In this document: positions 42,231-53,916 of the stretch, one piece after another
How the letters are laid out: each line of letters starts with the position of its first letter
Position numbering within the stretch: position 1 is the stretch's first letter
NCBI GenBank assembly: GCA_963849325.1
Contig: CAWKHF010000012.1
Coordinates: 64,001 to 128,000 of the forward strand
Source: an uncultured Planctomycetota bacterium
GTDB lineage: Bacteria; Planctomycetota; Planctomycetia; Gemmatales; Gemmataceae
DNA length: 64,000 bases
Reading direction: 5' to 3'
Program-made: the position numbers and the translations under genes
Notes under the pieces: model-generated
What the model saw: only the letters and a program-made list of their open reading frames with translations
The model's database searches: none
Told to the model about the DNA's origin: nothing

Positions 42231-44125
42231 ATGTCACGTACACACACGATCGGTTTCGTGCCTCTGACGCTGCTCGCCATGGTGGCCGGCAGTTCGTCTT
42301 TCCGGCGGCCGCCGAGGGAAGCGGCGAACGCTACGCCCTGCTCATCGGCGTGCGGGCCTATGCGCCCCCGATCCGCAGTCTCGATTACGCCGAGAACGAT
42401 GTCAACGACCTGGCCCGCGCCTTGGAGCTGGGCGGCTATCCCAAGGAGAACATCTGCATTCTGACCGGCGAACGGGGAGCCCGCGACAATTACAACCACT
42501 CTCCCAACTCCAAGAACATCCGCCGCGAGCTGGAGCACCTGGCGCGACAGTGCGACCGCGGCGACCACGTCCTCCTCGCCTTCGCCGGTCACGGCGTGCA
42601 GTACCACGGCGAAGAGACGATGTACTTCTGTCCCGCCGACGCGGACCTGAAAAATCGCCAGACGCTGATCGCCGTCGAGGACGTGTACAAGACACTCGAA
42701 GGCTGCAAGGCCGACCTCAAGGTGCTGCTCATGGACGCCTGCCGCAACGACCCGCTCAACCAGCTGGACCGCGGGCCGCTGGACGAGTTCGAGTCGGTCA
42801 CGCGCCCTCCCAAGGCGCCGCCGCCGGGCGGGGTCGTCGCCCTGTTCAGCTGCTCGGCGACCCAAGAAGCGATGGAGGACCGCGAGCTGCGTCATGGCGT
42901 CTTCTTCCATTACGTGATCGAGGCGCTGACCGGCGCCGCCGGTCTGGGCGACGCCCCGGACGAGGTGACGCTGCCGCAGCTGGAGTATTACGTCAAGAAG
43001 CGGGTCAAGGCCCGGGTATGGAGTCGCTACAAGAAGAACCAGGAGCCGGAGCTGAAGACGCGCGGCGTCGTCGGTCTGGCTCCGCTGGTCAAGCTGGACA
43101 TCGCGCGGCGGGAGGTGAAGTCTCTCCGCGACGCCCTCGCCAAGCGCCTGAAAGGGGACTACGACGGCGCTAACCGGGAGATGAGCCGCGTTGTCTCCCT
43201 CCAGCCGGACAGCGCCGAGGTCCATCTGCAGCAGGGCCGACTGCTCTACGACAACGACAAGTATGCCGAGGCCATCGTCGCCTACAACAAGGCACTGGAG
43301 TTGGAGCCGCGCAATGTGCTGGCCCTGACCGACCGCGGCGAAGCACGCTTCCTCAACGGCGACGCGGAGGGGGCGCTGGCGGATTACAACGCGGCGGTCG
43401 ATGTCGATCCCAAGTACGAGCTGGTCTATCTGCGGGCCGGCGTGGTGCGGCACAACCAAAAGGACTACGATCGCGCCCTGGCCAACTACACGAAGGCCAT
43501 CGACCTCGATCCGCGCGACGCCCGGGCCTGGTATTTCCGCGGCCTCGTCAAGGAGGAGCAAGAGGACTACAGCGGCGCCCTGAAGGATTACGACAAGGCC
43601 CGACAGATCAACCCACGGAAAAACGAGTATCGCACGCGCCTGGCGTTGATGCAGCAACAGCTGAGCAACCCGAGCGCGGCCATCGATAACTTGAACAAGG
43701 CGGCGCTGGTGGATCCGAGCGACGAGAATGCCTTCTTCTATCGCGGCTATGTCTATGCTCAACAGGGCAATTACGACATGGCCATCCAGGATTACTCGCG
43801 GGTGTTGCGGATCAACCCCGGCGCGGATTACGCCCACTATTATCGGGGCAGCGCCTACAACAATCGCGGCGATTCCGCTCGGGCCAATGCCGACTGGGGT
43901 CGTGTCCAGCGCGGCAGCCAGTTCTACGACTCGGCCCGTCATGCCCAGGGCGGCGGCGGTTTCCGCGACTTCAACCAGCGGGGGGGTCGTGGTGGCGGCT
44001 ACGGTCCCGGCGGCGGAGGCTACGGACCCGGCGGAGGCTTCGGTCGCGGCGGCGGCTACGGACCCGGCGGAGGCTTTGGTCCCGGCGGCGGTGGTGGCGG
44101 CGGTGGAGGCAGGCGGGGGCGTTAA
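42231..44125 (+). CDS. Caspase-like (peptidase C14) + TPR protein with glycine-rich C-terminal tail
   Basis: RYALLIGV, FAGHG (His), MDACRN (Cys), HGVFFHYVIEAL; multiple TPRs; GGGYGP repeats. Probable signal peptide in ORF 42231..42464 joined by a frameshift. Confidence 0.9.
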
Positions 44126-44148
44126 GGGCTTCGTGCCAGGGCATCTTT

Positions 44149-44204
44149 CGGAGCCTGAAGCGTAAGCGAAGAGATTCATCTCTTCGCTTACGCTTCAGGC
44201 TCGG
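44149..44204. repeat. REP-like palindrome, family B
   Basis: gagcctgaagcgtaagcgaagaga...tctcttcgcttacgcttcaggctc. Confidence 0.9.
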
Positions 44205-44224
44205 ACAGGAGAAAGGAAACCGCC

Positions 44225-45388
44225 GTGTTCGTCCACGCTCTCCCTCGCGCCTACGGACGATACATCGCGGTAGTCGTGCTGCTGGCCGCCCTTGTCGCCG
44301 CCGAGCCGGCCAGTCCGTCGGCGAACGTCCGCCTGGAGATGGACGCGCTGGCCGAGAAGATCGCCGATTTCGTCAAGGAAGAGGGCGGAGACGCCGTCGC
44401 GCTCGGCTCGTTCGCCAACCGCTCGAAGGTGCCCTCCAACGCCGGCCCTGGCCTGGCCCAGCAGTTGAGTGCCGCCCTGCAAAAGCAAGGCATCCAGATC
44501 AAGGACAGGGCGGCCCGGCAGGTCGGCGGCGAGTATTTCACCGACGTGGACCCGAAGGAAAACCGGCAGGCGGTGTTTGTCTCGGCCATCATCCGCGACG
44601 ACCAAAAGAACGAGGTCCAGCGTTTCGGCCGCAAGATTTTCGGCGCCCGCGCGGTCGTCTCCCTGATGGCCCTGACCGTGGACGATCTGCCGCCGGATGA
44701 GAAAGAACAGGACGCCAAGGTCCGCCTGGCCGTGCGCCGACCGCGCGACTACAGCCAGGGGGCGCGCCTCTGGGCCAGCAAGGATAGTCCCTATGCCATC
44801 GAGGTCCTCGTCCAGAAAGGCGACGACTATGTGCCGCGGGCGCTGGAGGACCGAGACGGACGGGCCTTCGTCCCGCTGCAAAAGGGCGAGCGCTATGCGA
44901 TCCGGCTCCATAACCAGTCGGAACACGACACGGCCGTGACGCTGAGCATCGATGGCCTGAGTTTGTTCGCCTTCAAGGACGAGGAGGCGACCTATTCGCA
45001 CGTGCTGGTCCCGGCGGGCAAGAGCGGAGTCATCAAGGGCTGGTATCGCACGCGGGATCGGGCCGACGCCTTCACGATCACGGACTACGCCCAGTCGGCG
45101 GCGGCGCGGTCGCTGAAGGACGAGTCGGCCGTGGGAGCGATCACGGCCACGTTCGCCGTGGCCTGGAAGGAATCGCAGCCGGCGCCGGACGGCGAGAACT
45201 CGCGGGCGGCGGACATCGGCACCGGCCGCGGACCCAACGTCGAGGCGAACTATCAGCCCCAACAGCGCCACTTCGGCCGGACGCGCACCTCCATCAGCGT
45301 GCGCGTATGCGCGCTGAGCGATATTCCTCTGGACCGAGGCCGAGTCTCGCGCTATGCTGAAGGAGTTAGCTCCCGCCCGGATCGGTAA
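44225..45388 (+). CDS. Exported hypothetical protein (alpha/beta N-domain + GERYAIRLxN beta-sandwich domain)
   Basis: RBS aggagaaagg, GTG start, signal peptide; GERYAIRLHN...LSIDG...IKGW...VGAITATF. The 3' end may be frameshifted. Confidence 0.75.
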   Translation: MFVHALPRAYGRYIAVVVLLAALVAAEPASPSANVRLEMDALAEKIADFVKEEGGDAVALGSFANRSKVPSNAGPGLAQQLSAALQKQGIQIKDRAARQVGGEYFTDVDPKENRQAVFVSAIIRDDQKNEVQRFGRKIFGARAVVSLMALTVDDLPPDEKEQDAKVRLAVRRPRDYSQGARLWASKDSPYAIEVLVQKGDDYVPRALEDRDGRAFVPLQKGERYAIRLHNQSEHDTAVTLSIDGLSLFAFKDEEATYSHVLVPAGKSGVIKGWYRTRDRADAFTITDYAQSAAARSLKDESAVGAITATFAVAWKESQPAPDGENSRAADIGTGRGPNVEANYQPQQRHFGRTRTSISVRVCALSDIPLDRGRVSRYAEGVSSRPDR

Positions 45389-45405
45389 CGCACAAAGGGG
45401 TGTGA

Positions 45406-46409
45406 ATGTCCTCGCAATGTCGCGGCGGATGGGTCTTCGCGGTCCTCGTCTTCCTTTCGGTCCCCTCGCTTTACGGTCAAACTTCTCGTCCCTCGTCTCT
45501 GATCCCTCGTCCCTCGCGGGGCGAGGCCGACGAGCCGCTCGTCTCGGTCTCTCACCTGCGCGAAACGGACGGCTGGAGCGTGGCGGAGACGGCCAATTTC
45601 CGCCTGTACCATCAGCATTCGCGGACGCTGGCCGAGGCCTTGCTGCGGACGGCCGAGCGCACCGCGCCGCCCAGCAGCGCAAGTGGTTCGGCTCTGTCGG
45701 CGACGATTGGCAGCCGAAGTGCGCCATCTGTCTGTATCCCAGCGGCGAAGCCTACAGCGAGGCGACCGGCGCTCCCGCCAACCCCGGCGGCGGCCACACG
45801 GACGTTCGCGTGGACGATGGCCGGGTGCTCAGCCGCTACATCCACATCCACGGATCCCGCGACCTGGTACTGGACGGCGTCCTGCCGCATGAGGTGACGC
45901 ACGCCGTGCTGGCGGGGCGCCTGGGCGGCGAGCGCGTACCGCGCTGGGCCGATGAGGGCATGGCCGTCCTCGCCGAGCCGCGTCCGCGCATCGACCTGCA
46001 TCTGCGCCAGCTGCCGCGCTGGCGCGACGATGAACGGCTGTTCCACATGCGCGACCTGATCGGCTTGCGCGATTACCCGGAGCCGAGCGCCATCGGTCCC
46101 TTCTATGCGCAGAGCGTATCGCTGGTCGATTTCCTCACGCGCGAAAAGGGGGCCAAGTGCTTCGCCGCCTTCGTTCGTGACGGCGTGCGCGACGGCTACG
46201 CGGCGTCGCTGCAGCGGCATTACGGCTGGAGCTTCACCGAACTGGACCGCCGCTGGCAGCGCTACGCCTTCGCCGACGAGAACTCGGCCGAGACCACGAC
46301 GGTCGGCGGGGGGGATGACGCCAGGCGCTGCGAAAATCGCGCTAGAACAGCGCGGACAGCGGCTTGCCCTCGACCAGGGCATACGGGCGGTGTTGCTGGT
46401 CCTCGATGA
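45406..46409 (+). CDS. Exported peptidase MA-like (gluzincin) protein (frameshifted)
   Basis: AETANFRLYH; LPHEVTHAVL...VPRWADEGMA...FYAQSVSLVDFL. Confidence 0.8.
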
Positions 46410-47682
46410 GCGTGTGCGGATCGATACCGAGCGCGGAATAGAGGGTGGCGAGGAGATCCTGCGGCGAAACCGGATCGGCGGTCGGGTAGGCGGCTCGGGC
46501 GTCGGAGCGGCCGTGGACCTGACCGCCGCGCAGGCCGCCGCCCGCCAGCATGACGCTGAAGCACTGCGGCCAGTGATCGCGGCCGCCGGCCTTGTTGAAC
46601 TTCGGCGTCCGCCCGAATTCGCCCACCACCAGCACCAACGTTTCTCCAAGCAAGCCCCGATCACTCAGATCTTCCAGCAGGGCGGCAATGGCCGCGTCGG
46701 TCGGCGGTAGCAACTCCGTCTTCGACCAGTCGAGATGATCGCGGTGACTGTCGTAGCCCTGCCCGCCCTGGCCGTTATCGTGCCGTACCCAGTTGACGTG
46801 GACCAGGCGCACGCCGGCCTCGACCAGACGGCGGGCCAGCAAGACGGATTGGCCGAAGATGTGCCGGCCATAGCGGTCGCGCGTGGCCGACGATTCGGCG
46901 GACACGTCGAAGGCGCGCTGGGCCTCGGCCGATGCCAGCAGATCGAAGGCGCGGGCCTCGTGAGCGTCGAGGGCGGCGGCCGCTTCGAGGCGTGCCAGCA
47001 AATGGCGGCGGTCTTGCAAACGTCGCGGTGACAGGTCCGGCTGCAGGCGCAGGGCGCCGGGCGAGTAGTTGGGATGGTTGGGGTCGCTGTTGACGCGGTA
47101 GGGATCGTAAGCGGCGCCGAGGAAACCGGCGTACTGGCCGGGCCGTTCCGGACCGACCGGCGAGATGGCCTCCGGCACCATCACGAACGGCGGCAGATGG
47201 CGCGGGCCGGGCCGCAGCTTGGCCAGCACCGAGCCGGGGTGCGGTCGATCTTCGCGGCTGAGGCTCACCGCCTGCGGCGCCGCTCGCCCCATCGGACTGC
47301 CGACCATCATCCAATACGACGCGGCGGGATGGTTCGCCGAAGCGTGGCTCATCGAGCGGACGAGGACGTAGCGGTCGGCCAGGCGAGCCATTCGCGGCAG
47401 ATGTTCGCTGATGCGGATGCCGGGCACGTTGGTGGCGATGGGCCGGAAGGTGCCGCGCACCTCCTCGGCGGCGTCGGGCTTGAGGTCCCAGGTATCGAGT
47501 TGCGACGGCCCGCCGGACAGGAACAGCAGGATGACCGAGCGCGCCTTGCCCGGCCGGCGCGAGTCGGCCGCCGCGGACGCTTGCAGCCGTAGGAGACGCG
47601 GCAACGACAGTCCACCCAGGCCGATGGCCCCGGCGTGCAAAATCTCGCGCCGCGTCCAGCCGCTCCCTGTGATGTGCCGCAT
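46342..47682 (-). CDS. DUF1501 domain protein
   Basis: TRREIL Tat-like start, SVILLFLSGGPSQLDTWDLKP, LLARRLVEAGVR, GEFGRTP, GRDHWP. Confidence 0.93.
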   Translation of the reverse strand: MRHITGSGWTRREILHAGAIGLGGLSLPRLLRLQASAAADSRRPGKARSVILLFLSGGPSQLDTWDLKPDAAEEVRGTFRPIATNVPGIRISEHLPRMARLADRYVLVRSMSHASANHPAASYWMMVGSPMGRAAPQAVSLSREDRPHPGSVLAKLRPGPRHLPPFVMVPEAISPVGPERPGQYAGFLGAAYDPYRVNSDPNHPNYSPGALRLQPDLSPRRLQDRRHLLARLEAAAALDAHEARAFDLLASAEAQRAFDVSAESSATRDRYGRHIFGQSVLLARRLVEAGVRLVHVNWVRHDNGQGGQGYDSHRDHLDWSKTELLPPTDAAIAALLEDLSDRGLLGETLVLVVGEFGRTPKFNKAGGRDHWPQCFSVMLAGGGLRGGQVHGRSDARAAYPTADPVSPQDLLATLYSALGIDPHTLIEDQQHRPYALVEGKPLSALF

Positions 47683-47789
47683 GGGATTCCTCTCCCCGCT
47701 ACCGTTGGCCGGGTGGGATCGTACACCGCGCTGTCGGCAGCGATCGTCCCTGACCATCATGCTAATCCCCACCGCCGGCAGACGGCAAG

Positions 47790-47980
47790 GATTTTCCGTC
47801 GTCCCATCCGACGCTTGCCTCTAGCCGACGCTGTCTTCCGCCTCCTGGACTTTGCCCTGGCCGACGACTTCCTCCACGATGTTTTCAACCGCTACCGCGG
47901 ACGCTCCTACCAAGACACCCGATCCTTCCCTTGTCTGGTTCCGTTAATCGCCGATGCCGTGCTGGGCCAAGGCGGTCTCC
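47790..47980 (+). pseudogene. Truncated N-terminal fragment of an IS4-like transposase
   Basis: RLPLADAVFRLLDFALADDFLHDVFNRYRGRSYQDTRSFPCLVPLIADAVLGQGG resembles, from memory, the N-terminus of planctomycete IS4-family transposases. No DDE domain follows. Confidence 0.5.
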
Positions 47981-48056
47981 ATGAAATCCGTGACAACTAC
48001 AAAAAGGACAGTACCTAAAGATAGCCAGTGCGGTGGGCTTTAGCCCTCGGTCCTCC

Positions 48057-49583
48057 TCAGCGGCCGTTGCCCGTGTGGACCAGCATGTCGGACTCGCTCC
48101 GCAGTTCGTCGGAGAAATCGAACTTGAGCAGGGCCGAGATGATCTTGCCGGCCCAGCGGAAGATGTTGTTACCGGCCACCTCGGCACGCATGCGCTGCAT
48201 GCGCCGATGCCGCTCCTCGTCAGGCATCTCCAGTGCCTGACGAATCGCCTCGGCCATCTCCTCAATGGAGAAGGGGTTGATGAGCAGGGCGTCCTTCAGC
48301 TCGCGCACGGCCCCCGCGAAGCGGCTGAGGATCAGGACGCCGTCGTCGTCAAAGCGGCTGGCGACGAACTCCTTGGCGACGAGGTTCATGCCGTCGTGCA
48401 GCGACGGCACGATGCAGAAGTCCGCCAAGCGATGCAGGGCCATCATCTCCGGCTGCGAAAAGCTCCGCTTGAAATACTGGATTGGCCGCCACGTGTCCGT
48501 GCTCCACTTCCAGTTGATCTCCTCGACCAATCCGTCGATCTCGTCGTCGAGCACCTTGTAGGCTTTGACCTGGATGCGGCTGGGCACGCCGATCTGGATG
48601 AAGACCAGGCGCTCGCGATATTGAGGATTGATTTCGAGGAAGTGGTCCAGCGCCCGCAGGCGTTCGGGGATGCCCTTGGTGTAATCGATGCGGTCGATGC
48701 CGATGCCGACGCGCTCGTCGCCCAGGCCGGTCTGCTGCCGCCAGCGGTCCATCAAGCGATCCACCGTCTCACTGCGAGCCGTGGCCGTGTGGTGCTCGGA
48801 GTCAATGCTGATGGGAAAGGGCCGAACCGCCGTCGCCTTGCCGCCGCGGATGATCTCTCCATTTTCGTGATCGATCTTCGCCTCCAGGGCGCGTTCGATC
48901 AGGTCGAGGAAGTTATGACAGTGCGAACGCAGATGGAAACCAAGAAGATCGTTGCCCAGCAGGCCGTCGAGCAGCTCTTCCTTCCAGGGGAAGGTCGAGA
49001 AGGTCTCTTCATTAGGCCAAGGGATGTGCCAGAACTGGGCGACGATGAAATTGTTGCCGGCGTTCTTGAGCATGCGCGGCAGCAAGCCGAAGTGGTAGTC
49101 CTGGATGAAGACGAAGGTCGGTTCGCCGTTGGCCTCCTCGACCACCGCTTGCGCGAACAGCTCATTCACTTCCCGGTAGATGCGCCAGTGGTGCGGGTTG
49201 AAGATCGGCCGCGTGTAGGCAACGTGACACAACGGCCACAGTCCCTCGTTGGCCAGGCCGTAATAATAGCCGTTTTCCTGCTCTTTGCTCAGCCACAGAC
49301 GGCGAAGGGTGTAGGAAGGGTCGTCGGGCGGGACACGGATGCGGCCTCGCGCGTCGGCGGTCTTACGGTCGGCGTCGCCGCTGCCCTGGGCGATCCACAC
49401 GCCGCCGCAGGCCCGCATGATCGGATCGAGGGCCGACACCATGCCGCTGGCCGGCGCCACGCATTCAATGCGGCGGGCCTCGGTGTAGCGATGCACGTAC
49501 GGCTCGCGGTTGGCGACGACGATGAATTGATAATCGCGGAGCCGCGTCCCGATCAGCTGATGCAGGGCTTCCTGGGTCCACAT
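48057..49583 (-). CDS. otsA: Trehalose-6-phosphate synthase (GT20)
   Basis: VVANREP, YYGLANEGLWPLCH, IQDYH, FWHIPWP, GIDRIDYTKGIPERL, DGMNLVAKEF. Confidence 0.93.
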   Translation of the reverse strand: MWTQEALHQLIGTRLRDYQFIVVANREPYVHRYTEARRIECVAPASGMVSALDPIMRACGGVWIAQGSGDADRKTADARGRIRVPPDDPSYTLRRLWLSKEQENGYYYGLANEGLWPLCHVAYTRPIFNPHHWRIYREVNELFAQAVVEEANGEPTFVFIQDYHFGLLPRMLKNAGNNFIVAQFWHIPWPNEETFSTFPWKEELLDGLLGNDLLGFHLRSHCHNFLDLIERALEAKIDHENGEIIRGGKATAVRPFPISIDSEHHTATARSETVDRLMDRWRQQTGLGDERVGIGIDRIDYTKGIPERLRALDHFLEINPQYRERLVFIQIGVPSRIQVKAYKVLDDEIDGLVEEINWKWSTDTWRPIQYFKRSFSQPEMMALHRLADFCIVPSLHDGMNLVAKEFVASRFDDDGVLILSRFAGAVRELKDALLINPFSIEEMAEAIRQALEMPDEERHRRMQRMRAEVAGNNIFRWAGKIISALLKFDFSDELRSESDMLVHTGNGR

Positions 49584-49645
49584 GAAGCTGCTCCCGGGTA
49601 GGGAGACCGGGAGGCTTCACGCCCGCCGGCCCGTGCGGAGTTCGC

Positions 49646-50089
49646 TCACGAGCGCACCGTTTCCTGGCGCAGCTCACCGCTCGAGGGCCGCTGCGTGCGG
49701 GCGGTACTCGGGCGCGGAGTTGGGGGAAAAACGCACACGCGAAACGCCGTATGTTCGCCCAGCTGAAGCTCGTCGCCGTCGGTCAGCATTACCGCAGGCG
49801 GGACCTTCCCTCCCGCCGACGGGGACACCTCGTGCCGGGTCCGCTGGCCGATCTTTCGGCCGTTGACGTAGGTGCCGTTGAGACTGCCGAGATCGCGCAC
49901 CAGGATGGCCGGCGGCGCGATCTCGACCTGGCAATGGTGACGGGAAATGTCCAGGTGCTCCGTCTCCAGGGGCAGGCAGATCGTGCAGTCGCGCGAGCGG
50001 CCGATCGTTTGCGCCGTCGCTTCCGTGAAGACGTATTTTTGTCCCGCTAACGGCCCCCGGGTAACGATGAGGGTGACATTGGGAACCAT
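49646..50089 (-). CDS. Stand-alone FHA domain protein
   Basis: IGRSRDC, ISRHHC, DLGSLNGTYVNG, LTDGDELQLG. Confidence 0.9.
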   Translation of the reverse strand: MVPNVTLIVTRGPLAGQKYVFTEATAQTIGRSRDCTICLPLETEHLDISRHHCQVEIAPPAILVRDLGSLNGTYVNGRKIGQRTRHEVSPSAGGKVPPAVMLTDGDELQLGEHTAFRVCVFPPTPRPSTARTQRPSSGELRQETVRS

Positions 50090-50341
50090 GATCGCCTCCA
50101 AATGGTACGTCGCCGATCGCCGCCTCAAGACGAGAGGTGGTGCGAACGGTGTGCCAATCCCCGCCAGCGGTGGCGGGGAATCGTGCATCCCGGCCTCGCG
50201 GAGCGAAAGCCGCCGCGAGAGTGCCAATCCTCAGCGACGCGGAAATGCGATCCTTGGAGGGCTGCGTTGCCCGAGAGGGCGGAGAATGGAGCGAAAGACG
50301 AGCATTGTTTGGTGGAGGGAGTTACGCCACCAGAACCGCCT

Positions 50342-53300
50342 TCATGGTACTGTCTCGTTGGGCGCGTTGTCAATCCCCCAAACGCCATCCGTCGAAATCT
50401 CGTGCGGCGGAGCCAACGTCTCTCGACCGTGGTGGATCGGCGCCGCGTGCTCGACCGCTCGCCAATCTTCCTCGTCCTCGATCACGGGCACTGGGGAGAG
50501 ACGCCGATCCTTGAAACACTGGATGACGTAGTAGAACACCGGCGTCAGGAAGATGCCGAACAGCGTCACGCCCAGCATGCCGGCGAACACCGCCGTGCCC
50601 AGCGTCCGCCGCATCTCGGCCCCGGCGCCCTCGGACAGCATCAGCGGCACCACGCCGAGGATGAAGGCGAACGAGGTCATGATGATCGGCCGCAGACGCA
50701 GCTGGCAGGCGGCCAGCGTCGCCTCGCTGCGCGACATGCCCTCCTCGCGCTGCGCCTTGGCAAACTCGACGATGAGGATGGCGTTCTTGCACGCCAGGCC
50801 GACCAGCACCAGGAAGCCGATCTGCGTGAAGATGTTGATGTCCATCTGCGCCATGACGACGCCGGCGATGGCGCACAGCAGGCACATCGGCACGACCAGG
50901 ATGACGGCCAGCGGCAGCGACCAGCTCTCGTACTGCGCCGCCAGCACCAGGAACACCAGCACCACCGCCAGCAGGAACACCCACATGGCGGTGTTGCCGG
51001 TCTGCAACTGCAACAGGGCCAGCTCGGTCCACTCGGTTCGCATCGTCTGCGGCAGCTGCTCCTCGGGCCGCCGTCCTCCAGGCGCTCGATGGCCTGGCCG
51101 GAGCTGGTGTCCGGCCCGGCGTCGGCGTGGACGGCGCGCGGAGGGATACATGTTGTAGCGCATCACCATCACCGGCCCGCTCACGAAGCGCACCGTGGCG
51201 AAGTCCGCCAGCGGCACCATCTCGTTCTGGCCGTTGCGCACCTTCAACTGCTTGATGTCCTCGACCGTCTGCCGGAAGGTGTCGCGGGCCTGGACGTTGA
51301 CCTGCCAGGTGCGGCCGAAGCGGTTGAAGTCGTTGATGTAGTACGGCCCGAGGGTGGACTCCAGGGTCGTGCGGATGTCGTCGATGGACACGCCGCGGTC
51401 CTTGGCCTGGGTGCGGTCGATGATCAGCTCCAGCCAGGGCGTGTCGGCGCGGAAGCTGGTGAACACGCCTTGCAGGTGGGGATCGGCTTCGCCGGCGGCG
51501 ACGACCTTGTCGGCGATCTGCTGCAAGGACGCCAGGCCGTTGTCGCCGGTGTCCTGCACGATGATCTTGAAGCCGCCCGCCGTGCCCAGGCCCTCGACCG
51601 GCGGCGCCCCGAAGATGTTCACGATGGCCTGCGGCACCTCCTTCGCCAACCGTTCCTGCAGCGCGGCGGCGATGGCGTCGCTGGACAGTTCCGGCCGGGT
51701 GCGGTTGTCGAACTCGTCGAGCATCAGGTACAGGGCGCCGAAGTTGGAGGCGTTGGCGTTGAGCAGGATCGACTGCCCCGAGATGGCGACGGTGTGCTTG
51801 ACGCCCGCGGTCTGGAGGGCGATCTCCTCGATCCGCTGGACGACGTTGCGCGTGCGCGTCACCGAGGCGGCGTCGGGCAGCTGCACGTTGACCAGCAGAT
51901 AGCCCTTGTCCTGCTGCGGGATGAAGCCGGTCGGCGTCTGCGTGAAGCCCCACCAGGTCAGCCCCAACAGTCCGCCGTAGACCAGCAGCACCACCAGGCT
52001 GACACGCAACAGTCCCGACACCGCCGCGTGTAGGCGGTGGTCGAGAGGTCGAAGGCGCGGTTGAACGCGGAACGACCAGCCGAGCAGGAAGTTGAGCGGC
52101 CGGCCCAGGGCCAGCCCCACTAGCAGCCCCGCCAGCGCTCCGGACCCAATCGGCCCCCACACGCGCAGCGAGTCCAGCGACCGACGGCGGCGCCTGGATG
52201 TTCAGGGCGTCCAGGACGTGTACTCCCCAGTGATGGCCGAGCTTGTGCCCCAGCCAGGCCCCCAGCGGCACGAAGGCGAACCACGGCAGCGCCTCGAAGT
52301 GCCCCTTGACGCGCCGCCTCAGCAGCAGGGCCGACAGCGCCGGGCTGAGGGTCAGCGAGTTGAAGGCCGAGATGACCGTCGAGACGGCGATGGTCAGGGC
52401 GAACTGGCGGAAGAACTGGCCGGTGATGCCGCTGATGAACGCACACGGCACGAACACCGCCGACAGCACCAGGCCGATCGCCACCACCGGGCCGGACACC
52501 TGCTCCATCGCCTTGATAGTGGCGTCGCGCGGAGCCAGGCCGTGCTCGATGTGGTGCTCGACGGCCTCGACGACGACGATGGCGTCATCCACGACGATGC
52601 CGATGGCCAGCACCAGGCCGAACAGCGTCAGGTTGTTCAGGCTGAAGCCCATGGCGGCCATGACCGCGAAGGTGCCGATGACGGCCACCGGCACGGCGAC
52701 GAGCGGGATCAGCGACGACCGCCAGTTCTGCAGGAACACCAGCACGACGACGGCCACGAGGACGATGGCGTCGAACAGCGTCTCGAAGACCTCGGTGATC
52801 GACTCGTTGATGAACGGCGTGGTGTCGTAGACGATGGCGTAGTCGATGCCCGGCGGGAAGCTGCCGCTTGAGCTGCTTCATCCGCTCCTTGACGCGCTTG
52901 GCCACGTCCAGGGCGTTGGAGCCGGGCAGCTGGTAGACCGACAGGGCCACCGACGGCTTGCCGTCGAGCGTGCAGGTCTGGTCGTAGGACTGGGCGCCCA
53001 GCTCGATGTTGGCCACGTCCTGCAGGTAGACGAGCGAGCTGCCGTTGTTCTTGAGGACGATGTTGGCGAACTGCTCGGTGTTCTCCAGCCGGCCGAGCGT
53101 GGTGATGATGTACTGCGACACCTGGCCGTTGGGCGTCGGCGGCTGGCCGATCTGGCCGGCCGCCACCTGGATGTTCTGGGCCTGCACGGCGGCGATCACG
53201 TCCTGGGCGTTGAGGTTGTAGGTCGCCAGCTTCTGCGGGTCGAGCCAGATGCCGCATGCTGTAGTCGCGCTGGCCGAGGTAGGTGATGTCGCCGACGCCC

Positions 53301-53812
53301 GGCAGGCGCGACAGCTCGTCGCGGATCTGGATGGTGGCGTAGTTGCTCAGGTCGAGGCTGTTGCGGCTGCCGTCCTTGGAGAACAGGTTGACGATCATGA
53401 GGACGTTGGGCGACTTCTTCTTGACCGAGATGCCGCGGCGCTTGACCAGGTCGGGCAGGATCGGCTCGGCGAGCGACTCGCGGTTCTGCACCAGCACCTG
53501 CGAGATGTTCAGGTCGGTGCCGGGCTTGAAGGTGACGGTGAGCGTGTAGTTGCCGTCGTTGGTGCATTGCGACGACATGTACATCATGCCCTCGACGCCG
53601 TTGACCTGCTGCTCGATGGGGGCGGCCACGGTGTCGGCGACGACCTGGGCGTTGGCGCCGGGGTAGTAGGCCGACACCTCGACCGTCGGCGGCGCGATCT
53701 CCGGGTACTGGGCCACCGGCAGCGTGAACAGCGCGATGGTGCCGCCCAGCACGATGACGATGGACAGCACCGAGGCGAAGATCGGCCGGTTGATGAAGAA
53801 GCGAGAAAACAC
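50342..53812 (-). CDS. RND (HAE1/AcrB-like) efflux permease, copy 2 (frameshifted)
   Basis: [66 protein letters not shown]. Confidence 0.92.
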
Positions 53813-53838
53813 GTGGGTGCCTCAAAAGCCAGCTATTC

Positions 53839-53891
53839 GTTTAGCCGCGACGCGCAGCGGAGCGCGCACTCGCTGCGCGTCGCGGCTAAAC
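53839..53891. repeat. REP-like palindrome, family C
   Basis: gtttagccgcgacgcgcagcg...cgctgcgcgtcgcggctaaac. Confidence 0.88.
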
Positions 53892-53916
53892 AGGATACAT
53901 TTTGCCGCTCATACCC

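Noticed and set aside
41909..44179. Long antisense/alternative ORFs (e.g. 41909..44179 -, 48033..49601 +, 23864..25390 +, 50102..52033 +)
   Set aside because: They are shadows of real genes in high-GC DNA, with no recognisable motifs of their own.
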